Notes: generated by a model from the letters alone, not told the origin. A DNA stretch of 64,000 bases from Acidobacteriota bacterium (GCA_029565065.1 JAKQOW010000032.1:52102-116101); one strand, 5' to 3'; shown: positions 46,464 to 57,113, numbered from the stretch's first letter. Translations and numbers: made by a program.

Positions 46464-47555
46464 TCACCGCGCCGCGGCGGCGCCGGCCGGCGGTTCGATG
46501 ATTTCGTGGCGGTTGTTGCGGCGGGCGGGTGTGAAGCCGGCGTCGCGGATGAGGCGGCGGAGCTCCGCCTCGTTGGTGCGGTTGACGGTGCCGGTGGCGG
46601 CCACGACGTTCTCCTCCAGCATCACCGAACCGATGTCATTGGCCCCGAACGCCAGCGCCACCTGGGCGATCTTCAGCCCCTGCGTCACCCACGACGACTG
46701 CACCGACCGAAAGTTGTCCAAGTAGATCCGGCTCAAGGCGAGGAAGCGCAGATACTCGACGGCGGTCGCCTCCAACCCGCCCTCGTCCCCCAGGTCCGTC
46801 CGGGCGCTCTGAAACGTCCACGGAATGAACGCGACGAACCCGCCGGTCCGGTCCTGCAGCCGCCGCAGCGACTCCAGGTGGTTCATGCGGCTGGCCAGGT
46901 TTTCACCGCAGCCGAACATCATGGTGGCGGTGGTGCAAAGCCCCAGCCCATGGGCGGTTTCCATGACGAGCAGCCACTCGGCGGCGGAGCACTTGCGCGG
47001 ACTGATGCGGCCGCGCACGGTGTCATCAAGGATCTCGGCGCCGCCGCCCGGCAGGGAGCCCAGGCCGGCGGCCATGAGCCGGCTCAGGCACTCCGTCAGG
47101 GTGATGCCCGAAACGGTCGCGATGTGGACGATCTCCGGCGGGGAGAAGCAGTGCAGGTCGACGGCGTAGCGCTCGCGGATACCGCGCAGCAGCGTCTCAA
47201 AGAAACGGATGTCGAGACCGGGATGCAGGCCGCCCTGCATGAGGATGCCCGTCCCGCCCACGGCGAGCGTCTCCTCGATTTTCCGATGGACGGCCGCCGG
47301 CTCCAGGACATAGGCATCCGCCGCGTCGGGATCGCGGTAAAACGCGCAGAACCGGCACTTCGAGGAGCAAACGTTGGTATAGTTGATGTTCCGGTCCACC
47401 ACGTAGGTGATGGGCCGGTCGCCCAGCAGCCGCCGGCGCGTGCAGTCAGCCAGGTAGCCCAGCTCGTGCAGGGACGCTCCCTCCGCCAGCCGGATGGCGG
47501 CGGCGCGTTCGAGTCGCTCCCCGCGCTCGATGGCGGCGAACACGTCAGCCGGCAT
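46464..47555 (-). CDS. mqnC: radical SAM menaquinone-biosynthesis enzyme of the futalosine pathway (MqnC/MqnE family)
   Basis: ITYVVDRNINYTNVCSSKCRFCAFYR, characteristic of MqnC/MqnE. Start at MPADVFAAIE with GGAGA upstream. 364 aa. Confidence 0.8.
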   Translation of the reverse strand: MPADVFAAIERGERLERAAAIRLAEGASLHELGYLADCTRRRLLGDRPITYVVDRNINYTNVCSSKCRFCAFYRDPDAADAYVLEPAAVHRKIEETLAVGGTGILMQGGLHPGLDIRFFETLLRGIRERYAVDLHCFSPPEIVHIATVSGITLTECLSRLMAAGLGSLPGGGAEILDDTVRGRISPRKCSAAEWLLVMETAHGLGLCTTATMMFGCGENLASRMNHLESLRRLQDRTGGFVAFIPWTFQSARTDLGDEGGLEATAVEYLRFLALSRIYLDNFRSVQSSWVTQGLKIAQVALAFGANDIGSVMLEENVVAATGTVNRTNEAELRRLIRDAGFTPARRNNRHEIIEPPAGAAAAR

Positions 47556-48384
47556 GGGCCATCTCCAGGTCGGAGTCGGCCGCCACCAGGCCGTCCTCCC
47601 GACACAATTGCAGGAACCGCCGAATCGAATCCAGTTCGGATTCACCCAGATGATAGGACAGGTTTTCACCCAGATAGCGTCGCAGCTCCGCCGCCGGCCG
47701 GCCGAGCCGCGCGCTGAACTCGGCGGCGATTTCGTCCAGCCGGCGCAGCCCCTCGGCCATGCTCGACGCCAGGAAGCGGGCCAACTCCGGGTGGCAGGCC
47801 TCCCGGCGCACCGCCCAGACGGCGAAAACGAAGGGGCTGCCGGTGAACTCGCGCCACAAGGTGGCCAAGTCATAAACTTCGACCCCGGCCGTCTCGTCCG
47901 TCAGCGCCTGGTCGCCGATGATCAGCGCCGCCTCGCGCCGGCCAAGCGCCGCGGGGCGCAGTTCACGGACCGCCGTGGCGGGCATCGCCGCCAGCCGCCG
48001 CTTCAGCAGGACGTGCAGCAGCGCCACGGACGTGCGGGAGTGGGGGCTCAGCCAAATCCGCTCGATCTCCCGCAGCGGCGATCGGCTGGCCAACACGACG
48101 CTGCGCACCGGTCCCGGCGAGGCGATGGCGATACCCGGCAGGACGACCAGGTCCGGGATGCGCACGCACTCCACCACCGGCAGCAGGCCGCCGTCCGATT
48201 CGCCCCGCCGCACGGCGTCGGCACAGCGAGCCGGCTCCTGGAAGCTGACACTCAGCCAGGACGGAAGCGTCCCGTGGCGCAGTCCGTAGACAAGCGGCGC
48301 CGCATTGAGGAACGATACGGCCGAGAGGCGGGTGTGGGGGGGACCAGGCATCGGGTAACCGTCCGCACGAAATCCAGTCCGCAT
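47545..48384 (-). CDS. mqnA: chorismate dehydratase (futalosine pathway)
   Basis: The N-terminus RLSAVSFLNAAPLVYGL and periplasmic-binding-protein-like fold length fit MqnA. It overlaps the mqnC start by 11 nt. The start is 48384 (GGAGG upstream) or 48351. Confidence 0.8.
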   Translation of the reverse strand: MRTGFRADGYPMPGPPHTRLSAVSFLNAAPLVYGLRHGTLPSWLSVSFQEPARCADAVRRGESDGGLLPVVECVRIPDLVVLPGIAIASPGPVRSVVLASRSPLREIERIWLSPHSRTSVALLHVLLKRRLAAMPATAVRELRPAALGRREAALIIGDQALTDETAGVEVYDLATLWREFTGSPFVFAVWAVRREACHPELARFLASSMAEGLRRLDEIAAEFSARLGRPAAELRRYLGENLSYHLGESELDSIRRFLQLCREDGLVAADSDLEMAHAG

Positions 48385-48463
48385 TGTAGCCCCGCCTCCG
48401 CCCCAAAGGCAAACGGCAAACTTTTTTCGAACACCCGCCGACTCATCCGTTATTAATTAATGA

Positions 48464-49648
48464 ATGCCGCTTCGCTCCGGAGTCACGATGCACCCCGACC
48501 CGTCGCCTGCGGCTCCCGTGGTGGAACCGCGCAATTTACTGCTCCTGCATGCCCTGCCCGGTGCCGGGCCGCGCAAGCTGATGGAGCTGGTCCAGCGGGC
48601 GCCTTTCCTCCTGGCCGAGCCGGTGGACAAAAACTTCTGGCTGTTTGTGCAGCGGGAATCGGGCATCGCCGTCACCCGCGCCGAACAACGCGCGCTGGAA
48701 CACCGCGCGGGCGGCACTCTGGACCGTGCCGCCCGCGGCGAGTTCGCCCTGCTCCATTGGTTCGAGGCGGGCTACCCGGAGCTGCTCCGCCACATCTACG
48801 ATCCCCCGCTGGCGCTGTTTGTGCGGGGCGATCCCACGCACCTGAGCGGCGACTGCCTGGCTGTGGTGGGCGCCCGGCACGCGTCGGACTACGGCGTGGC
48901 GGTGGCGCAGGAATTCGCCTGCCGGCTGGCCAACGCCGGCCTGGTGATCGTCAGCGGCCTGGCCCTGGGTATCGACTCCGCCGCCCACCTGGGCGCGCTG
49001 CAGGCTGCGGGCGGCACCATCGCCGTGCTCGGCTGCGGGATCGACATCGTCTATCCCAAGCAATCCGCCGCCCTGCACCGGCGGATCGTGGAGCACGGGT
49101 GCCTCGTCAGCGAGTTCCCGCCCGGGCAGTACCCCTCGCCGCAGAATTTCCCCATCCGCAACCGTATCATCAGCGGTCTGGCCCTGGGCACCCTCATCGT
49201 CGAGGCGACCCAGCGCAGCGGCTCGCTCATCACCGCCCGCCTGGCGTTGGAGCACGGCCGGGAGTTGTTCGCCGTGCCCGGTCCCGTGCACAGTCCCCTG
49301 AGCGTGGGTCCCAATTACCTGATCAAACAAGGAGCCAAGCTGGTGCAACTCTGGCCGGACGTCCTCGACGAACTGCCCCGGCCGGTGCGGGAGCGGCTCC
49401 GCCCGGCCGCCGGCGACCCGCCGGCGGCGGAGCGCCCTCTCGGCGGCGGCGCGGAAAATCTCCGTTTGACAAACGACGAAGAGGCGGTATATAAACACGT
49501 GCTTTTTGACCGGAAGGTCCACCTGGATGACCTGTTGCACCGCACGGGTCTATCCATGGGGAAACTGGGAGCCGCCCTGCTGCAACTCCAGTTCAACAAC
49601 CTGATCCAGGAACTTCCCGGGCAGTATTATCTCCGGAATGTGAGGTAG
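48464..49648 (+). CDS. dprA: DNA-processing protein DprA (Smf)
   Basis: Rossmann-like core LAVVGARHASDYG...VIVSGLALGIDSAAH...LIVEATQRSGSLITARLALEHGRELFAVPG. Confidence 0.85.
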   Translation: MPLRSGVTMHPDPSPAAPVVEPRNLLLLHALPGAGPRKLMELVQRAPFLLAEPVDKNFWLFVQRESGIAVTRAEQRALEHRAGGTLDRAARGEFALLHWFEAGYPELLRHIYDPPLALFVRGDPTHLSGDCLAVVGARHASDYGVAVAQEFACRLANAGLVIVSGLALGIDSAAHLGALQAAGGTIAVLGCGIDIVYPKQSAALHRRIVEHGCLVSEFPPGQYPSPQNFPIRNRIISGLALGTLIVEATQRSGSLITARLALEHGRELFAVPGPVHSPLSVGPNYLIKQGAKLVQLWPDVLDELPRPVRERLRPAAGDPPAAERPLGGGAENLRLTNDEEAVYKHVLFDRKVHLDDLLHRTGLSMGKLGAALLQLQFNNLIQELPGQYYLRNVR

Positions 49649-49651
49649 CGC

Positions 49652-51955
49652 TTGAAACCCAAGTCCCTTGTCATAGTCGAATCCCCCGCCAAGGCCCGGA
49701 CCATCGAACGGTACCTCGGCGGCGAGTACACGGTGCTCGCGTCCGTGGGCCACATCAAGGACCTGCCCAAGAAGCGGCTCGGCGTCGACCCCGCCCACGG
49801 CTTCAAAACCGACTACGAGATCATCCCGGGCAAGGAAGCGATCGTCAAAAACTTGCGCAAGGCCGCGGACAAGGCCGACGTCATCTACCTTGCGGCGGAC
49901 CCCGACCGCGAGGGGGAGGCAATCTGCCAGCACATTTTCGAGGAAATCGAGGCGGCCAACGACAAGGTCTTCCGGGTCATGTTCAACGAGATCACTCGCG
50001 ACGCCATCCGCCAGGCGTTCCAGTCGCCGGGCCGGATTGACGAAAACCTGGTCAAGTCGCAGAACACGCGGCGCATTCTCGACCGGCTGGTCGGCTACAA
50101 GATCAGCCCGCTCCTGTGGCGAAAGGTCCGGCGGGGGCTGTCGGCGGGGCGCGTCCAGACGGTCGCCCTGCGCCTCATCGTGGACCGCGAGCGCGAGATC
50201 GGCGCGTTCCAGAAAGAGGAATACTGGGTGTTCACCGCCCAACTGGAGGCCGCCCTGCCGCCGCCGTTCCGCGCCAAGGCGATCAAGTTGGACGGCCAGA
50301 AGTTCGTCGTGCGCACCGCCGACGAAGCTCGGGCGCTCCGCGGCGAACTGGAGGCGGGCGCCTTCGTCGTCGAGTCGGTCCGCGCCACCACCCGCAAGCA
50401 GCACCCGCAGCCGCCGTTCACCACCAGCAAGCTGCAGCAGGAGGCCAACCGCCGCTTCAAGCTTCCGGCGGCCAAGACCATGCAGATCGCCCAGCGGCTC
50501 TACGAGGGCATCGACCTCGGCGATGGCAGCGTGGGTCTCATCACTTACATGCGCACGGATTCCACCCGCGTCGCTCCGTCGGCGCTGGAAACGATCCGGT
50601 CCTACATTCAGGACACCTACGGCAACGAGTACCTCCCCGAGAAGCCCCGCAGCTTTTCCAAGGCCGACCTGGCGCAGGATGCCCACGAGGCGATCCGGCC
50701 CACCGACATCGCCCGCACCCCGGCCTCCGTGCGCACCCACCTGAAGGCGGACGAGTACAAGATCTACACGCTGATTTGGCAGCGCTGCGTGGCTTCGCAG
50801 ATGGAACCGGCCCTCTTCCGCCACACCGACATCAAGATCGCCGCCGGCCGCTGCCTCTTCCAGGCCACCGGCGACGTGCCGCAGTTCGCCGGTTTCTTGA
50901 AGGTCTACCAGGAGTCGGCCGACGAGGACGTCGCAGAGTCCGACCCGGCCAATCCCAACCTGCCGCCGGTGGAGGCGGGCCAGGTGCTGCGCCTGCAGCA
51001 GCTCCAGACCGAGCAGCAGTTCACCCAGCCGCCCCCCCGCTATACCGAAGCCACGCTCATCAAAGCATTGGAGGAGAAAGGCATCGGACGGCCCAGCACC
51101 TATGCCCAAATCGTGACGGTGATTCAGAACCGTCAGTACGTGATCAAGGAGGACGGACGGTTCCGATCCACCGAGACGGGTGAGATCGTCATCGATCTGC
51201 TGACCCGCAGCTTCCCCGACTTGTTCGACTACAACTACACCGCCACCATGGAACAGAGTCTCGACCTCATCGAGGCGGGGAAGCAGAACTGGCTGGTGGA
51301 ACTGCAGCGGTTCTACGGCGCCTTCGACGGCACGCTGCAGAAGGCCGAGGCCGAGATGTCCAACCTGAAGCGGGAAAAAATCCCCACCGACGAGCGCTGT
51401 CCCAACTGCGGCGCCGGCATGGTGATCCGTTGGGGCCGGTTCGGCAAGTTCATGGCCTGCGAACGCTACCCGGAATGCCGCACCAGCAAGCCGGTCACCA
51501 ACGGCAACGGCAACGGCGACGCGGCCACCACCCCGACCGCCAAGGCCCCGGCCCGGGTGCTGGACGAACAGTGCCCCGACTGCGGCAAGCACCTGGTGGA
51601 GCGGTCCGGCCGGTTCGGCAAGTTCATCGCCTGCAGCGGCTATCCCAAATGCCATTTCAAGAAGAAGCCCGGCATCAACATGCCGTGTCCGCAACCCGGT
51701 TGCAGCGGCGAGATCGTCATGCTCAAGAACAAGCGGGGGCGCATCTTCTACGGCTGCTCCAAGTATCCCGCCTGCACCTTCACCAGCTGGCAGCGGCCGG
51801 TCCCGCGGGCCTGCCCCGCCTGCGGCAATGCCTACATGGTGCAGAAGCAGACGAAGAAGGACGGCCCCTTCCAGGAATGTCCCCGGCCCGAGTGCCGGCA
51901 CCGGCTACCGGGCGAAACCAACGGGTCGGACGCGCCGCCCAACGGCAACTCCTGA
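49652..51955 (+). CDS. topA: DNA topoisomerase I
   Basis: TTG start. The TOPRIM N-terminus is LVIVESPAKARTIERYLG. There are C-terminal Zn ribbons (CPNCGAGMV, CPDCGKHLV, CPQPGC..., CPACGNAYM). dprA–topA linkage is conserved. Confidence 0.9.
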   Translation: MKPKSLVIVESPAKARTIERYLGGEYTVLASVGHIKDLPKKRLGVDPAHGFKTDYEIIPGKEAIVKNLRKAADKADVIYLAADPDREGEAICQHIFEEIEAANDKVFRVMFNEITRDAIRQAFQSPGRIDENLVKSQNTRRILDRLVGYKISPLLWRKVRRGLSAGRVQTVALRLIVDREREIGAFQKEEYWVFTAQLEAALPPPFRAKAIKLDGQKFVVRTADEARALRGELEAGAFVVESVRATTRKQHPQPPFTTSKLQQEANRRFKLPAAKTMQIAQRLYEGIDLGDGSVGLITYMRTDSTRVAPSALETIRSYIQDTYGNEYLPEKPRSFSKADLAQDAHEAIRPTDIARTPASVRTHLKADEYKIYTLIWQRCVASQMEPALFRHTDIKIAAGRCLFQATGDVPQFAGFLKVYQESADEDVAESDPANPNLPPVEAGQVLRLQQLQTEQQFTQPPPRYTEATLIKALEEKGIGRPSTYAQIVTVIQNRQYVIKEDGRFRSTETGEIVIDLLTRSFPDLFDYNYTATMEQSLDLIEAGKQNWLVELQRFYGAFDGTLQKAEAEMSNLKREKIPTDERCPNCGAGMVIRWGRFGKFMACERYPECRTSKPVTNGNGNGDAATTPTAKAPARVLDEQCPDCGKHLVERSGRFGKFIACSGYPKCHFKKKPGINMPCPQPGCSGEIVMLKNKRGRIFYGCSKYPACTFTSWQRPVPRACPACGNAYMVQKQTKKDGPFQECPRPECRHRLPGETNGSDAPPNGNS

Positions 51956-52032
51956 GGGCCTCCGCCTTGTCAGCCGGCGTGGATCCATGATATAACGAGG
52001 CTGATAATCCGGCGAGATTCACCCATTCACGC

Positions 52033-53304
52033 ATGAGCACGGACATCGTTGCACTGGTTACCTGGGCGCTGCTGGCCGCCACACTGGCAGCCCTGGCGCT
52101 GTATTCCGTCATCGAGAACGTGCTGTCGCGTCTCACCCGCGTGGACATCAAGCTGCTCATGGACCGGCGCAAGGGGTTGGGCGAGGACCGGTTCGTCACC
52201 CAGTTGCACCGGGGGAAGTACCGCGTCCAGATCCCCCTGCAGCTCTTCGTCCAGTCCATCCGCGTCGCCACCGGCCTGCTCATCCTGATCCTGTTGAACC
52301 TGCACCAGGCGCCGTACGCCGCGCCGCTGGCGCTGCTGGCAACGGTCGCCGGGCTGTTCTTCCTGTCCCACTGGCTGCCGTGGGCCGTCACCGGAACGGA
52401 GCCGGAGCGCGCCCTGCTGGTGCTGTTGCCGTTCCTGCGGCCGGTGCTTTTCATCGGCATCCCGCTCACCTACCCCATCATCCTCCTGGCGGCCCGGCGG
52501 CACGCCGCCTCGGCCGACAACGAAGCGGGCGAGGACGAAATCACCGACGAGGAGGTCCAGGCCTTCCTGGACGTCGGCGAAGAAGAGGGCATCTTCGAAC
52601 AGGAGGAAAGCCGGATCATCCAGCAGGTCGTCGAACTGGGCGACACGATCGCCCGCGAGATCATGGTCCCGCGCACCGAAATCGTCGCCATTCCCGTCGG
52701 CGCCACGCAGGAGGATCTGCGGGCGCTGATCGTCAAGTCGCGCCACAGCCGGATCCCGGTCTATGAGGGCACCATCGACGCCATCGTCGGCGTCATATAT
52801 GTCCGACACCTGCTGGCCAGCTACTCGGCCGGAGATTCGGGCACATCGTTCAAAGGCCTGATCCGCCCCGCCCTTTTCGTGCCGGAAACGAAACGGGTGG
52901 CCGAGCTGCTCCGCGAGATGCAGGCCAAGGGCGAACAGATGTGCATCGTGGTGGACGAGTACGGGGGCGTGGCGGGGCTGGTCACCCTCGAGGACATCCT
53001 GGAGGAGATCGTCGGCGAGATCCGGGACGAGGATCAGCCGGTGGAGGTGGACATCCACCCCGACGGGGACGGTGCCTACACCATGTACGGCGACACCGAC
53101 CTGTGGGACGTCCAGGAGACCCTGGGCGTGGACCTGGATGAGGAGGGATACAACACCATCGCCGGCCTTATCATCAAGGAACTCGGTCGTCTGCCGAAGT
53201 CCGACGAGACGCTCCGGATCGACGGCCTGGAGATCCGGGTGCTCGAAGTCGACAGCCGCAAAATCCACCGCGTCCGCGTCCGCAAGCTCGATGCCGGCCG
53301 CTAG
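52033..53304 (+). CDS. CNNM/CorC-family transporter-associated protein (DUF21 + CBS pair + CorC_HlyC)
   Basis: N-terminal four-transmembrane DUF21, two CBS motifs, and a C-terminal CorC_HlyC domain (LRIDGLEIRVLEVDSRKIHRVRV). Confidence 0.85.
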   Translation: MSTDIVALVTWALLAATLAALALYSVIENVLSRLTRVDIKLLMDRRKGLGEDRFVTQLHRGKYRVQIPLQLFVQSIRVATGLLILILLNLHQAPYAAPLALLATVAGLFFLSHWLPWAVTGTEPERALLVLLPFLRPVLFIGIPLTYPIILLAARRHAASADNEAGEDEITDEEVQAFLDVGEEEGIFEQEESRIIQQVVELGDTIAREIMVPRTEIVAIPVGATQEDLRALIVKSRHSRIPVYEGTIDAIVGVIYVRHLLASYSAGDSGTSFKGLIRPALFVPETKRVAELLREMQAKGEQMCIVVDEYGGVAGLVTLEDILEEIVGEIRDEDQPVEVDIHPDGDGAYTMYGDTDLWDVQETLGVDLDEEGYNTIAGLIIKELGRLPKSDETLRIDGLEIRVLEVDSRKIHRVRVRKLDAGR

Positions 53305-54427
53305 CCACCATATGCGGCGCGCCCTGCGCCTCGCCCGGCTGGGAACCGGGCGCACCGGTCCCAATCCCATGGTGGGCGCCGTGGTGGTTCGCGACGGGGC
53401 CGTTGTCGGGTCGGGCTATCACGTCTATTCCCAACTCTGGCACGCCGAGCGGGTAGCCCTTGATTCGGCCGGACCCGCGGCGCGCGGGGCCGACCTGTAC
53501 GTTACCCTGGAACCGTGCTGTCACCATGGCCGCACGCCGCCGTGCACCGACGCGATCCTGGCGGCCGGGATCCGCCGGGTGTTCTGCGGCATGGTGGACT
53601 CCAATCCCCTTGTGGCGGGCGGCGGGATCGAGCGCCTGCGGCGTGCCGGAATCGATGTGATCGTGGCCGACAACCCGGAGCCGTTCCGGTCCATCAACTG
53701 CGGCTTTATCAGCCGCGTGACCCGGGGCCGGCCCTGGGTGACGCTCAAGGCCGCCGCCACCCTCGACGGCCGCATCGCGCCCCTGTCGGGCCGCTCCCGC
53801 TGGATCAGCGGCGAGCAGTCCCGCCGCCACGCCCACTGGCTGCGCTTTCGTCACGATGCCATCCTCACCGGCATCGGCACCGTGCTGGCCGACAATCCGT
53901 TGCTGACCTGCCGGCACAAGCGGCCGCGGGAGCAGCCGCCGTTGCGGCTCGTGATCGACCCGACCCTCCGGCTGCCACCGGAATCGCGGCTGACCGCCAC
54001 TGCCGCCGAGGCGCCGGTCTGGGTGTTCTGCGGGCCGTCGGCGCCGCCGGCGGCCCGCGATGCCCTGGCCGCCCGCGGTGTGACGGTAGTCCCCATCACA
54101 ACGGCAGATGATGGGGGACTGGAACTGGCGGCCGCGCTCCGCCGTCTGGCTGACGTCGGCGTGTCCTCGGTGCTGGTGGAGGGCGGCAGCCGCACCCTGG
54201 CCGGCTTCATCCGGGCGGGGCTGGCCGACGAGTTCTGCTTCTATTTCGCGCCGATAATTCTGGGCGAGCGAGCGCTCCCGCTGGCGGGCGACCTGGGGGT
54301 GTTGGAACTGGACGGCTGCCCCCGGCTGGACATCCGTCGCGTCCGACCGCTGCCGCCCGACTGGCTGTTCGAGGGATTTTTCGGCGTCCCGCCCGGCGGC
54401 CCGCCACCCGCTCTCCCAATCCGCTGA
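53291..54427 (+). CDS. ribD: bifunctional riboflavin-biosynthesis deaminase/reductase
   Basis: Deaminase motifs HAERVAL and LEPCCHHGRTPPC. C-terminal reductase domain. The start overlaps the upstream stop; the alternative ATG is at 53312. Confidence 0.85.
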   Translation: MPAASHHMRRALRLARLGTGRTGPNPMVGAVVVRDGAVVGSGYHVYSQLWHAERVALDSAGPAARGADLYVTLEPCCHHGRTPPCTDAILAAGIRRVFCGMVDSNPLVAGGGIERLRRAGIDVIVADNPEPFRSINCGFISRVTRGRPWVTLKAAATLDGRIAPLSGRSRWISGEQSRRHAHWLRFRHDAILTGIGTVLADNPLLTCRHKRPREQPPLRLVIDPTLRLPPESRLTATAAEAPVWVFCGPSAPPAARDALAARGVTVVPITTADDGGLELAAALRRLADVGVSSVLVEGGSRTLAGFIRAGLADEFCFYFAPIILGERALPLAGDLGVLELDGCPRLDIRRVRPLPPDWLFEGFFGVPPGGPPPALPIR

Positions 54428-54479
54428 AGCCAGGCGGACGGTCGGGTCCCGGGCAGACATTCCGCAGGGGAAACAAACG

Positions 54480-54932
54480 ATGAACACGGTCTATTTCAAG
54501 AATCTTCAGCGCCAACACCGGATCGACATCAAGGCGTCCCGCCGGCTGCTCCTCAACGCCATGCGCCGGCTGGACGTCTCCGGATCCCTGCTGACGGTGG
54601 TGTTCTGCCGCTCGGAGCGGATCCGGGAGCTGAACCGGTTGTATCGCAACCTCAATGAACCGACGGATGTTCTCTCGTTCCCCACCGCCGATTCCGGCGA
54701 AGACGGGCGAACCTATCTGGGGGACATTTTCATCGCGCCGGAAGTGGCGGCCGAGTATGCGCGCCGAGGCGGGATCGAGCTGGCCGACGAGCTGGCCGTC
54801 CTGCATCTCCACGGCCTGCTGCACCTGCTCGGATATGACCACGAGACCGACACCGGCCAAATGCTGGCGCTGCAGGCCGCGCTGGAGCGGGAGCTCAGAC
54901 CACGAGGACCGGCACGGTCGACCGCCGGATGA
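54480..54932 (+). CDS. ybeY: rRNA maturation endoribonuclease YbeY
   Basis: HGLLHLLGYDH metal-binding motif. 150 aa. Confidence 0.85.
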   Translation: MNTVYFKNLQRQHRIDIKASRRLLLNAMRRLDVSGSLLTVVFCRSERIRELNRLYRNLNEPTDVLSFPTADSGEDGRTYLGDIFIAPEVAAEYARRGGIELADELAVLHLHGLLHLLGYDHETDTGQMLALQAALERELRPRGPARSTAG

Positions 54933-55803
54933 CCCGCTCCGTGGTGCTCCCCACCACGTAATCCTCGACTTCGTCGTAACCGTTGTTGGACAGAATGACC
55001 AGGTCGATGCCCGCCTCCGTGGTGTAATCCACGATGGTCGCCGGCGGCGCGCCTTCCCGCAACGCGATGGTGACTCCGGGTGCACCCTCATCCGGCAGGG
55101 CAAACAACCGGCGGACCTTCGCCTCCATTCGGCCCTTCGCCTCGGGGTCCAGCTCAAAGACGGACTCGACGCCACCGGCATAGTAAGCAGGGTGGAACCG
55201 TGCCTCCACCGCATGCAGGAGATGGACGTGGGGGTCGCTGTTCCCCCGAATGAGGGGCAGCCAGCTCATGGGCCGAACGGAGTTGGATGAGAAATCGGTG
55301 GGGATGAGGACGTGGTCCAGGTGCAGGTCCCGCCCGTCGGACGTCAGGCACGGCCGCATGCCTTGTCGCACCAGCCAGGCCGGGCAGGGGCAGCGGCGCA
55401 GCACCGCCTCGGCGACACTCCCGAACACCACCTGCTCGAGGCTGCGCCGGCCGTGGGTGGACATCACCATCAGGTCGATCGCCTGTTCGGTGACGTAATC
55501 CATGATCATGGACGGAACGCTGAATCCCCGGCGTGTTGCCTGGATGGTCCGGACGCGGCCGCCGGCCGCGGCGCCGGCGAGCTTGTCTCGGGCCTGGTCC
55601 TCCGCGACGTCAAAGAACCGCGCCAGGGAGGCGAATTCTTCGGCGACACGCTGCGGATCGTAGGCATGGGGTGTCACCGCATGGAACAGGTGAAGGGTGG
55701 CTCCGGACCGGGCGGCCAGCGCCGAGGCATAGGGCATGGCCGCCTCGGCCGCTTCGGAAAAATCGGTGGTGAACAGAATGTTCCGGAGTTGGGGATCGCT
55801 CAT
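54895..55803 (-). CDS. tandem universal stress protein (two UspA domains)
   Basis: Two Usp domains: NILFTTDFSE...LVMSTHGRRSL and HVLIPTDFS...LVILSNNGY. Start at MSDPQLRN. A TATAAT-like −10 lies about 20 nt upstream. The ORF-track start at 56094 would run into fabH. Confidence 0.75.
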   Translation of the reverse strand: MSDPQLRNILFTTDFSEAAEAAMPYASALAARSGATLHLFHAVTPHAYDPQRVAEEFASLARFFDVAEDQARDKLAGAAAGGRVRTIQATRRGFSVPSMIMDYVTEQAIDLMVMSTHGRRSLEQVVFGSVAEAVLRRCPCPAWLVRQGMRPCLTSDGRDLHLDHVLIPTDFSSNSVRPMSWLPLIRGNSDPHVHLLHAVEARFHPAYYAGGVESVFELDPEAKGRMEAKVRRLFALPDEGAPGVTIALREGAPPATIVDYTTEAGIDLVILSNNGYDEVEDYVVGSTTERVIRRSTVPVLVV

Positions 55804-55892
55804 TTGGCACCGCCTGCTGTTTTTCAGCATTATAGCGGAGCCCGGGCCCAACGACAACGGCAGCGTCCGTCGGTCGCCCGGATCAGAGACGA

Positions 55893-56888
55893 TCAGATTT
55901 CCCAGCGCAGCAGGGAACTGCCCCAGGTGAACCCGGCGCCGAAACTGGCCAGGACGATCCAGTCGCCTTTCCGGATGCGGCCGTCCCGGGCGGCTTCGTA
56001 CAGGCAGATGGGAATCGTGGCGGAGGTCGTGTTGCCGTAGCGATCGATGTTGACGATCACCTGGTCGTCGCGCAAACCCAGGCGTTCGGCGCACGCTGAG
56101 ATTATCCGCAGGTTGGCCTGGTGGGGAACAAACAGTTTAAGCTGCTCCGGGGCCAGGTTGTTCCGCCGCAGGATTTCCTCAGAGGCGCTGGCCATCTCGG
56201 TGACGGCAAATTTGTAAACCTGGCGGCCCTCCTGGTGGATGACATGCATCTTCTTGTCCACAGTCTCGTGGCTGGGCGGGTTGAGGCTGCCGCCGCCCGG
56301 CATGTAGAGGAACTTGCCGCCCGACCCGTCGGTGCGGAGCACGAAATCCTTCAACCCGACCTCGCCTTCGCCCGCCGGCTCCAGGAGCGCGGCGCCGGCG
56401 CCGTCGCCGAACAGCACGCAGGTGGCCCGGTCGGTGTAATCGACGATCGAGGACATCGTCTCGGCGCCGACGACGACCACCCGCCGGTGAACGCCGGTCC
56501 GGATGAACTTCTCGCCGACGGCCAGGGCGAAGATGAATCCGGAGCATGCGCCCGACAAGTCGAATCCCCAGGCGTTCTTGGCGCCGATTTTTTCCTGGAC
56601 CACGCAGGCGGTCGAGGGGAAGAACATGTCGGGGGTCACCGACGGGATGATGATCAGGTCAATGTCCGCGGGCTCGATGCCCTGGGAGTTGCACAAGCGG
56701 AGGATGGCCTGGGCGGCCAGATCGGAGGTGGCCTGGCCCTTCTCCACGATGTGCCGCTCGTGGATGCCGGTGCGCTCCAGGATCCAATCGTTGGTGGTGT
56801 CGACCATTTTCTCCAGATCCGCGTTCGTCAGGACGCGCTCCGGAACGTACATGCTGATGCCGGAAATTTTGACCTTATATTCGCTCAC
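55893..56888 (-). CDS. fabH: 3-oxoacyl-ACP synthase III
   Basis: Active-site Cys in GACSGFIFAL, plus HQAN and GAGFTWGS. GTG start at VSEYKVKISGISMYVP with AAGGCGG upstream. 332 aa. Confidence 0.85.
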   Translation of the reverse strand: MSEYKVKISGISMYVPERVLTNADLEKMVDTTNDWILERTGIHERHIVEKGQATSDLAAQAILRLCNSQGIEPADIDLIIIPSVTPDMFFPSTACVVQEKIGAKNAWGFDLSGACSGFIFALAVGEKFIRTGVHRRVVVVGAETMSSIVDYTDRATCVLFGDGAGAALLEPAGEGEVGLKDFVLRTDGSGGKFLYMPGGGSLNPPSHETVDKKMHVIHQEGRQVYKFAVTEMASASEEILRRNNLAPEQLKLFVPHQANLRIISACAERLGLRDDQVIVNIDRYGNTTSATIPICLYEAARDGRIRKGDWIVLASFGAGFTWGSSLLRWEI

Positions 56889-57113
56889 GATGGCCCGCCT
56901 TTCGGGTGAATTTTTGAAAACCCAGTTTGTATCAGAATCGACGGAGCATTTCAACCCCGAATTTCCGGCGCGGCCGTGCTCCCGCCTCGACGCCGCAGGC
57001 TCAGTGCGGCCCGCCGCGGGAGGAACGGCTCACCCGGATCGCCAGAAAAGTAAAGTCCTTTCGCCTTTTTTTGATAGAATGACATCTTTCATCTTGGCCC
57101 CGGGACTGTTCGG

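Noticed and set aside
49550-51901. 783-aa minus-strand ORF antisense to topA
   Set aside because: topA on the plus strand has TOPRIM and Zn-ribbon motifs throughout. The antisense ORF is compositional.
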